Source of the DNA: an uncultured Spirochaetota bacterium | Lineage (GTDB): Bacteria; Spirochaetota; Brevinematia; Brevinematales; JAOACQ01 | Length of the DNA stretch: 64,000 nt | Direction: 5' to 3' | Assembly (NCBI GenBank): GCA_963768055.1 | Contig: CAVYGN010000001.1 | Coordinates: 32,001 to 96,000, forward strand | In this document: positions 56,757 through 64,000 of the stretch, one piece after another | How the letters are laid out: every line of letters starts with the position of its first letter | Position numbering within the stretch: position 1 is the first letter of the stretch | The notes under the pieces: generated by a model | Told to the model about the DNA's origin: nothing | The model's input: the letters and a program-made list of their open reading frames with translations, nothing else | Database searches by the model: none | Position numbers and translations under genes: made by a program

Positions 56757-58009
56757 TCGGGCCGGCTGATTTATTGAAACTTGCCGCAAGGAATGTCCGC
56801 CGAAACCGCGCCAGGACCGTTCTTACTGTGGCCGCCAGCGCTGTCGGCATAATGGTTTTCCTGTTATCGAGCGCCATGCTGGGCGGGATCGATGAAACCT
56901 CGATCAGGAACCTCGTTAACTCGGATACGGCCCATATTAAAATTTACAATACGGCTTATTATCCCGACAGGAAAAATATGTACCTTGAGAACCTTATTCA
57001 GGGCTATGATAAAATTACAGTAAAAATCAAATCGCTTGACAGCGTAATTTCCGTAACTCCCCGCCTTAAATTCACCGGGGCCGTATCCATGCCTGAAGAA
57101 GACGCCCCCTGTACAATTATCGGTGTCGATCCGGAAACCGATGGTAAAGTCTTTAATATCCTGAAAAGCGTTATAACGCCGGGCAAAGGCGCTGATTTTT
57201 ATAATAATCCGCACTCCTGCCTCCTGGGGGTAAAGTTCGCCGATTATATAGGGGTAAAACAGGGTGACGAGATTTTACTTTCGGGAAGAACCATGCATGG
57301 CACTTATAACGCCGACAGTTATACCGTATCCGGGTTTGTTTCGTGCGACAATCCTGCAATCGACGCATTCTCCGTTATACTCCCCCTTAAATCGGCATTA
57401 GAATTCGCCGATACGGGTGAAAGAGTGAGCGAAATAGATATCTCCTTAGGATCCAAAGATTCTCCCCTGATTGGCAAAGTCATGGATTCTCTGCGGGAGC
57501 AAAATAATCTGCCGCCAGGGCTCAATGCTTATTCCTGGAAAGACGAGCTTTCGGATATGCTGACGGTATTCGGGATCAGGCGTTTCGCACAGAAATTGAT
57601 CATATCCCTGCTGTCCATAATAGCAATTGCCGGCATTGCCAACACCATGCTGATGGCCGTTTTCGAGAGGACAAAAGAAATCGGGACAATGGAGGCAATG
57701 GGAATGAAAAAGAGCGAGATCATGCAGCTATTCCTTTTCGAGGGGATAATCATAGGTATCGCGGGCTCCCTTGCCGCTATAGTAATCACCTCGATTCCCC
57801 TTACCATTCTCACCAATATCGGGATCGAGGTCAAGGGTTCGGAACTCCTGGCTAATGTCCCGATATCGAGCAGGATCTACGGTTACCTGGAATGGTCGTA
57901 TTACCCTGTCGCATTGATCATCGCTTTCATCACCTCTGTGATCGCTTCGGTTTATCCGGCCCTTAAAGCAGCCGGCCTCAATATTGCGATGGTCCTCAGG
58001 AGTAAATGA
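56753..58009 (+). CDS. ABC permease, LolE/FtsX-like
   Basis: RNVRRNRARTVLT and NTMLMAVFERTKEIG motifs. Confidence 0.9.
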   Translation: MIGPADLLKLAARNVRRNRARTVLTVAASAVGIMVFLLSSAMLGGIDETSIRNLVNSDTAHIKIYNTAYYPDRKNMYLENLIQGYDKITVKIKSLDSVISVTPRLKFTGAVSMPEEDAPCTIIGVDPETDGKVFNILKSVITPGKGADFYNNPHSCLLGVKFADYIGVKQGDEILLSGRTMHGTYNADSYTVSGFVSCDNPAIDAFSVILPLKSALEFADTGERVSEIDISLGSKDSPLIGKVMDSLREQNNLPPGLNAYSWKDELSDMLTVFGIRRFAQKLIISLLSIIAIAGIANTMLMAVFERTKEIGTMEAMGMKKSEIMQLFLFEGIIIGIAGSLAAIVITSIPLTILTNIGIEVKGSELLANVPISSRIYGYLEWSYYPVALIIAFITSVIASVYPALKAAGLNIAMVLRSK

Positions 58010-59244
58010 TGCATTATTTAATTTCTTTTTCCATGAAAAACATTTTAAGGAACAAGAGGCGGACGCTTCTTACTCTGATTGGAATTATACTTGCAATATC
58101 GGCCCTGATAATAGGCTATTCGGTCCTTACCGGAGTTTTAAATCAGGTCCTTGAAGCGTCGGTTAAATCGTCGGGAGATATCTGCATCCAGACCAGGGCC
58201 TTCACGAAATCGGAAAGGCTTCTTCCAACCGATAAGGGCCTGTCAGATCTAACCGGACTCATCGATGCGATTAAGAAATATCCGCAGATAAAATATGCCA
58301 TTCCGAATGTTAAATTTGCCGGTTTATTCGTTACAAACGATGAAAACTTTGCTTCAATGGGAAATTCCATTGTTCCTTCAACCGAAAAGGATTTCTTAAG
58401 GCTTCAGGACAATCTGGTCGCAGGGACATATTTTTCAGGAGGCACTAACGAAGCGGTCATCGGCATAGAGATTGCCAGGAAGCTCGGGTTGAAAGCCGGC
58501 GACACCGCCCTTTTTGTCACTAAGAACAGCTTCGATTCGCTGGCCGCCAGGAGGTTCAAGATAGTCGGAATAGCCGATTTCAGCATGTATGAATTGAACA
58601 GGACTTTTTACGCCGACCTTGATACGGTTTATTCCCTCCTTAAAATAACGGGAAGCCCGCAGAAACTGATGATAATACTCCGGAACAGTTCGGATATGGA
58701 TACCTTCAAGGGGACACTTTTAAAAGACCCTTATATCAGGGAGCATAAGCTCGATGTGTTCAGGGCCGATGAAATAGGAATTTTCTCGACAGTATTCCCG
58801 CTCATGACCTGGATAGCGAGGTTTGTAATGCTTCTTTTCCTCCTGACGGCGGGGATGACTATAGTCAATACCATGATGATGACTGTCCTTGAAAGGACCG
58901 CTGAAATCGGGGTCCTTCAGTCGATGGGCATGAAACGCGGCGCCGCGATAATAATGATCATCACCGAAAGCTCTTTGATCGGGCTTATCGGAAGCACCTG
59001 TGGAGCCGCAATAGCCGGCCCGGCGGCTTTTTATCTTGCCAGGAACGGGATAATACTCGGAGAAAACATAGCAAAGGGAATGCCGATAGCGATTAAAAAC
59101 GTGATCTACCCGTATATCAGCATCGGATCGATCGCCGGTATTATGGCGATAGGAGTTATTATGGCGGCTGGGGCAGGCGCCATCCCGGCTCTTTTAAAAA
59201 TTTTAAGGCTGAATCCCGCCCAGGCCATAAGGTCCAAGGGATGA
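58006..59244 (+). CDS. ABC permease, LolE/FtsX-like
   Basis: KNILRNKRRTLLT and NTMMMTVLERTAEIG motifs. Confidence 0.9.
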   Translation: MMHYLISFSMKNILRNKRRTLLTLIGIILAISALIIGYSVLTGVLNQVLEASVKSSGDICIQTRAFTKSERLLPTDKGLSDLTGLIDAIKKYPQIKYAIPNVKFAGLFVTNDENFASMGNSIVPSTEKDFLRLQDNLVAGTYFSGGTNEAVIGIEIARKLGLKAGDTALFVTKNSFDSLAARRFKIVGIADFSMYELNRTFYADLDTVYSLLKITGSPQKLMIILRNSSDMDTFKGTLLKDPYIREHKLDVFRADEIGIFSTVFPLMTWIARFVMLLFLLTAGMTIVNTMMMTVLERTAEIGVLQSMGMKRGAAIIMIITESSLIGLIGSTCGAAIAGPAAFYLARNGIILGENIAKGMPIAIKNVIYPYISIGSIAGIMAIGVIMAAGAGAIPALLKILRLNPAQAIRSKG

Positions 59245-59852
59245 AAGAAAGTAAAGCCGAACAGGTTATTCTTGAAGCCGCGGAAAAATTATTCCTGGAA
59301 AAAGGGTTCTCGATGACATCCACTACCCTGATCGCTAAAGCCGCCGGCTGCAATCAGGCCCTTATTCATTATTACTTCCGCACTAAAGAACATTTGTTCG
59401 AAGCGGTGTTTGAAAAAAAAATGAAAATGTTCGTATCGACGTTTTTCCAGGCGGGGAAAGAAAATTCAACTTTAGAAGATAAATTGAAACAAAAAATCGA
59501 AACCCATTTCGATATGCTTAAAGCCAACCCCCAGCTGCCCTTTTTAATATTTAATGAATTGATAACAAACCCCAAAAGGCTTGATAAATTCAAGAATAAA
59601 ATAAAAACAATTGCTCGGCCGATTCTTCTTCAAATTCAGTCTGATTTGCAGACGGAGATAGAAAAAGGAAATATCCGTCCAATTACCGCTGTAGATTTAT
59701 TGATCACGATTTTTTCACTCAATGTAATTCTGTTCCTTGGTAGCCCGATCCTGAAAACTATTGCGAACCTATCGGACGATGAATATCAAAATTTTATCGA
59801 ACACAGAAAACGGGAAAATGTAACTGCAATTCTAAAAAGCCTGCGCCCCTGA
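59241..59852 (+). CDS. TetR/AcrR family regulator
   Basis: ILEAAEKLFLEKGF...IAKAAGCNQALIHYYFRTKE. Confidence 0.92.
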   Translation: MKESKAEQVILEAAEKLFLEKGFSMTSTTLIAKAAGCNQALIHYYFRTKEHLFEAVFEKKMKMFVSTFFQAGKENSTLEDKLKQKIETHFDMLKANPQLPFLIFNELITNPKRLDKFKNKIKTIARPILLQIQSDLQTEIEKGNIRPITAVDLLITIFSLNVILFLGSPILKTIANLSDDEYQNFIEHRKRENVTAILKSLRP

Positions 59853-60009
59853 CCTTGAGACCCTGCAATTCCCGCCATTGTTTGATTTTTGATATTCAGT
59901 TAAAATCACTTATTTTAAAAAATTCAGTGAATATTCCTGATTGCAAATACCCGGATTATTTGTACCATTAATTGCGGAATGATTTTAATTAAAATAATCA
60001 GAGGATATT

Positions 60010-60189
60010 TTGATAAAAATAATTATATTTATTTTTTCACTTTGCTGTTTGACTTTCGCTTTCTATTTCAGGGATTTAATTGTGGCCGGTTTAATTTTTT
60101 TTATGATAGGGCTATCCGGAATGCTGTATCTGATAAAAAATTATTTGAATAAGAATAAGATAGACCCTCCTGCAAAAAATAAATCATGA
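60010..60189 (+). CDS. Putative small 2-TM membrane protein (59 aa)
   Basis: AGAGGA followed by a TTG start; MIKIIIFIFSLCCLTFAFYFRDLIVAGLIFFMIGLSGMLYLIKNYLNKNKIDPPAKNKS*. Confidence 0.45.
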   Translation: MIKIIIFIFSLCCLTFAFYFRDLIVAGLIFFMIGLSGMLYLIKNYLNKNKIDPPAKNKS

Positions 60190-60330
60190 AAAGGAATAAT
60201 TGGCCCCTCAAAAAAAATATAAAACAACTTGACTTTTCATTTTATTTCTTACTATATTCAATTAATAATAATTTAAGAGGCTGCAAGTCTGAAAATATTT
60301 CTTTTAAAAAAATCTCTGCCTTCCTCCTAT

Positions 60331-60375
60331 AAAGAGAGCTGTGTCCATTGATTGGGGACAGCTCTTTATTTTTTT
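60331..60375 (+). terminator. Terminator-like hairpin in the 5' leader of the sterol desaturase gene
   Basis: AGAGCTGTGTCC...GGGGACAGCTCT followed by TTATTTTTTT. Confidence 0.55.
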
Positions 60376-60398
60376 GAACGCATGGAAAGGAGATTTCG

Positions 60399-61181
60399 AT
60401 GGGTTTTAAATCTATTGCTCTGGTTATCATTTACCCGGTTGTTTTTATATTGGAGCATGTTTATCCGAATTATTTTCCCAGGCCCCGCCATATCCGGCAC
60501 AGCGCTTACAATCTGTCGGTCGGCCTCTTGAACGGCCTCATCGGATTATTTATTATTTCGGTTGTCAATCTGCGCCTGTCGGATATTATAAGCCTGAACA
60601 ATTTCGGCCTCCTGAATTTACGGGTTTTGCCTTATTTTCTCAGGATAATTCTCGCATTTCTACTGTTCGATCTCTGGATGTATATCTGGCACCTGGCCGA
60701 TCACCGGGTGCCTTTGTTATGGCTTTTCCATAGATCCCACCATAACGACCCGGAGATGGACGGCTCGACAGCGCTGCGCTTCCATCCTGTTGAAATCATA
60801 ATATCGGGTGTTTTAAGGCTTCCTGTCTTTATTCTGCTAGGCATGAATATTACAGCCCTGTCCATATATGAAACCGTTTTTTTGGGCTGCATTCTTTTTC
60901 ACCACAGTAATATTTACCTTCCGGCTCCTGTCGACAGGTTCATACGAATTTTTATCGTAACACCCGATATGCATAGGATGCATCATTCTGTTAAGAAAAT
61001 AAACCTTAATTCTAATTTCTCATCGATTTTATCTTTCTGGGACAGAATTTTCGGCACTTTTAAAAAATGGGGAGATACCAGGCTCGTGAAAATAGGCCTT
61101 ACAGATTACCGTGAAGAAAAATGGCAGAGGCCCCTTGGTATTCTTGCCCTTCCCTTCAAGGGCCTCGATGAAACGGGATAA
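60399..61181 (+). CDS. Sterol desaturase / fatty acid hydroxylase family protein
   Basis: His boxes WHLADH, FHRSHH, FHHSN and HRMHH. Confidence 0.9.
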   Translation: MGFKSIALVIIYPVVFILEHVYPNYFPRPRHIRHSAYNLSVGLLNGLIGLFIISVVNLRLSDIISLNNFGLLNLRVLPYFLRIILAFLLFDLWMYIWHLADHRVPLLWLFHRSHHNDPEMDGSTALRFHPVEIIISGVLRLPVFILLGMNITALSIYETVFLGCILFHHSNIYLPAPVDRFIRIFIVTPDMHRMHHSVKKINLNSNFSSILSFWDRIFGTFKKWGDTRLVKIGLTDYREEKWQRPLGILALPFKGLDETG

Positions 61182-61277
61182 AAGAAATTAAATCACATTA
61201 TCGGCGAAAAAAAACACGACAAAAAATATATTTTTCAAAACCCTTGATTTTTGGTTTTAAATATCGTATAATATATC

Positions 61278-61297
61278 TGTATTAGAACAGTAGTACA
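61278..61297. promoter_or_regulatory. YtrA-type GntR operator
   Basis: TGTATTA-N6-TAGTACA just after TTGATT-N17-TATAAT. Confidence 0.7.
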
Positions 61298-61302
61298 CTA
61301 AT

Positions 61303-62169
61303 ATGGAGGAAATGATGGTTTCCATTCACAAACTTTCCTTTTCTTATGGGAAAGGAAAAAATTTGTTTTCAGGTTTGAACCTGGAATTAACACCCGGGAA
61401 TATTTATGGGCTTCTCGGCAAAAACGGGGTAGGGAAGACAACCCTGCTTAAAATCATATCGGGGCTTCTTTTTTCACAATCCGGCGAATGCATGGTCTCG
61501 GGAATAAATTCAAAATACCGCAATCCGGAAGTTTTAAAAGATATTTATTTTATTCCGGAGGAATTTTATTCCCCGCCGGTAACTATAGGCCAGTATGAAT
61601 TTCTCCAGGCCCCGTTTTACCCCAAATTCGATCATGAAAATTTTTCCAGATTGATCGGTGAATTCAGCCTTTTCCGCAAGAATAAACTGACGGAGCTTTC
61701 TTTTGGGCAGAAAAAAAAATTCCAGCTGGCATTCGGTACGGCCACTAACAGCCGGCTTTTTATCCTGGACGAACCGACAAACGGGCTGGATATCCCCTCA
61801 AAAAGCCAGTTCAGGAAACTCCTCGCCTCATCTTTATCCGAAGAAAGGATCTTTATTATCTCTACGCACCAGGTCAGGGATATGGAGAATATCATAGATC
61901 CCATAATCATCCTTGATGACGGGAAAATAATCTTTAACGAGTCGATGGAAAATATTTCAAGACATCTTAATGTTTCCATCAGGCAGGATCTTGGAAATGA
62001 TAATAAAATCCTGTATTATGAAAGGGTTCCCGGCGGATACAGCGTATTGTCGGCCGATGGAAATTCCGGAGGTTCCAGGATCGACATTGAGGTCCTTTTT
62101 AATGCAGTAATATCGGAGAGGGAAAAGATGAAAGCCATTTTTAATTCGGAGGAAAAAAATGAATATTGA
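61303..62169 (+). CDS. ABC transporter ATP-binding protein (YtrB-like)
   Basis: GKNGVGKTT, LSFGQKK, ILDEPTNGLD and ISTH motifs. Confidence 0.92.
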   Translation: MEEMMVSIHKLSFSYGKGKNLFSGLNLELTPGNIYGLLGKNGVGKTTLLKIISGLLFSQSGECMVSGINSKYRNPEVLKDIYFIPEEFYSPPVTIGQYEFLQAPFYPKFDHENFSRLIGEFSLFRKNKLTELSFGQKKKFQLAFGTATNSRLFILDEPTNGLDIPSKSQFRKLLASSLSEERIFIISTHQVRDMENIIDPIIILDDGKIIFNESMENISRHLNVSIRQDLGNDNKILYYERVPGGYSVLSADGNSGGSRIDIEVLFNAVISEREKMKAIFNSEEKNEY

Positions 62170-62893
62170 ATCCATAATAAATATCAATAGGGTCGTTTTC
62201 CTTATAAGGAACGAAATATTTTCTAATTACACGAAAATATTTACTGTATTCGGAGCGATAGCAGCAGTTTTATTTGTGAACATGCTTTTCTCCAGGAATA
62301 TAGGCGCCGGCTTGTTCGAGGCAATACTTTTTATAGGGGGGGTAATATATACCAGCGGCATATTCAAAGAATTGCACAATCCTCAGAAGGGAATCAGCTA
62401 TCTTATGCAGCCTGCATCGATACCGGAAAAATTTCTGGCCAAACTCCTGCTCTCAACCATCGGGTATTCACTAGCGGTAATAGTTTTTTTATTTCTATTT
62501 TCCGTTGTGATTTCAGGTTTAAGTTCGGTCATTTTTGGAAAAGGAAGTCCTTTATTTAATCCTTTTACATTGAATGTGATCTGGATGATACTGAATTATT
62601 TCATAATCCAGTCGGTCTTTCTGCTGGGTTCGGTTTATTTTAAAAGGTCGGCTTTATTCAAAACAATTCTGGCATTGTTCGTTTTCGTAATTTTGTTAGG
62701 GCTTATGAGTTTTATTTCGATCAGAATCGTTTATGGAAACGATTTAAGCTTGAATTTACAGGAATTATCAGGCAGCTTCAAAAATTATTTCATAAGCTAC
62801 ATACCGGGAATTGCGAAAACTTTATACCTTTTCGCAGCGGCTCCCCTTTTCTGGATAGTCGGTTATTTTCGATTAAAAGAAACAGAGGTTTAA
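62159..62893 (+). CDS. ABC-2 type permease
   Basis: About 6 TM segments, YLMQPASIPEK, C-terminal RLKETEV. Confidence 0.8.
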   Translation: MNIESIININRVVFLIRNEIFSNYTKIFTVFGAIAAVLFVNMLFSRNIGAGLFEAILFIGGVIYTSGIFKELHNPQKGISYLMQPASIPEKFLAKLLLSTIGYSLAVIVFLFLFSVVISGLSSVIFGKGSPLFNPFTLNVIWMILNYFIIQSVFLLGSVYFKRSALFKTILALFVFVILLGLMSFISIRIVYGNDLSLNLQELSGSFKNYFISYIPGIAKTLYLFAAAPLFWIVGYFRLKETEV

Positions 62894-62894
62894 T

Positions 62895-63275
62895 ATGGAA
62901 TTCCGGAACCGGGAGTCTATTTACCTCCAGATAGGGGATTTTATCTGTGAAAATATTTTACTTGAAAAATGGAAGGCGGGGGAGAAGATACCCTCGGTCC
63001 GCGATATGGCTGTGAGTATCGAGGTGAATCCCAACACGGTAATGCGAACATACTCTTATCTTCAGGAAAAGGGCATTATAAACAATCAGCGCGGGATCGG
63101 ATATTTTATAACTGACGAATCCTATGAAAATACACTGAAATTGAAAAAGAAGGAATTTATCGATACGGAACTCGGAAGGCTTTTTAAGGATATGGAACTT
63201 CTCGGATTATCGATCGAGGACCTGATTACTTTATATCAAAATTATAAAAGCTTGAATAAGGAGAAAAATATATGA
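62895..63275 (+). CDS. GntR family regulator (YtrA subfamily)
   Basis: IYLQI...KIPSVRDMA...VNPNTVMRTY...RGIGYF. Confidence 0.93.
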   Translation: MEFRNRESIYLQIGDFICENILLEKWKAGEKIPSVRDMAVSIEVNPNTVMRTYSYLQEKGIINNQRGIGYFITDESYENTLKLKKKEFIDTELGRLFKDMELLGLSIEDLITLYQNYKSLNKEKNI

Positions 63276-63988
63276 AGACTTCAGACAAAATATTGATTTA
63301 TGCAGGTTTTTTTGTATTGATATTGATAACCGCATTAATTGTTTTTTCGAGGATTACTCTTCACCGTCAAAACCCTGCGGTCGATCAAAAAGAGCATTCC
63401 GCCGGCGGTGAAATAATCACAAAAGAATTTCAGCTGGACGGGTTTTCCGGAATTTCCGTTTCAGGGGGCTGGGAGGTTGAAATAACTTCCGGCGGTTCAA
63501 ATCAATACCAGGTGCGGATAGATCTTCCGGAGTCCGATTCCGATAACCTCGATGTTTATAAGGATGGCGGATTGCTGATCGTTAAATACAAAAATTTTTC
63601 ATTTTATACCCCTGGGGAACATAAAATCAAGGTTACTATGCCGAAAATCGCCCGGATTGATTCGAGCGGGGATGCGAAAATTTTCTTCACGGGTTTTCAG
63701 TCCGGAAATCTGGATATATCAAGTTCAGGAAGCTGCAGACTTCTAGACGGTACCAATACTATCGGACGCTTATCGATCGATAGTTCCGGTTCTTCGCAAA
63801 TAAACCTTAACGGCAGTCCGGTTACAAACGCCTATGTTCATACATCCGGATCCAGTACGGTAGAACTTAATATGGCCGGAGGCGATCTTACCGTAAACAC
63901 CAGCGGATCAGCATCTGTAATTTATTCCGGCGCGGCGGGTAAATTAAATGTAAGCCAATCGGGATCGGGTTCGGTTACTAAGAGATAA
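63272..63988 (+). CDS. DUF2807 / head-GIN domain protein
   Basis: N-terminal TM followed by repeated SGS/SGSS beta-solenoid motifs. Confidence 0.82.
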   Translation: MKTSDKILIYAGFFVLILITALIVFSRITLHRQNPAVDQKEHSAGGEIITKEFQLDGFSGISVSGGWEVEITSGGSNQYQVRIDLPESDSDNLDVYKDGGLLIVKYKNFSFYTPGEHKIKVTMPKIARIDSSGDAKIFFTGFQSGNLDISSSGSCRLLDGTNTIGRLSIDSSGSSQINLNGSPVTNAYVHTSGSSTVELNMAGGDLTVNTSGSASVIYSGAAGKLNVSQSGSGSVTKR

Positions 63989-64000
63989 TCACGAATTAAT

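Overview
Bacterial chromosomal window of about 60 mostly accessory genes. It probably comes from an anaerobic diderm, possibly a spirochaete; this is an inference from the Ser-linker lipoproteins, PilZ fusion, TonB-dependent receptor and hgcAB. The window starts inside a choloylglycine-hydrolase-like gene and ends just after a DUF2807 gene. From left to right it holds: an AT-rich PAS-LuxR/receiver island; a carbohydrate cluster (GH116, GH3, sugar ABC, MFS, CE4, GH9, GatC-like PTS IIC); a decaying surface-lipoprotein locus with an IS1380 remnant; metal-related genes (ArsR, HgcC-like, NRAMP-type plus MgtE-CBS, CDF); the mercury-methylation pair hgcAB; a TonB receptor; a LolD/LolE-like ABC system; and a YtrA-type ABC operon. 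The most notable feature is the minus-strand run sigZ-like ECF sigma (C-terminal CC...CCCC), GH5, an unannotated 44-aa 7-Cys peptide, GH1, a CCC-MarR, hgcA and hgcB. Three copies of a 36-bp ECF-promoter-like motif lie in this run, suggesting a thiol/metal-sensing regulon attached to mercury methylation. Also found: a MITE family with 16-bp TIRs and 4-bp TSDs, and a Pro-rich leader peptide ahead of the Mg2+-type transporter operon. No rRNA, tRNA or CRISPR array was recognised.
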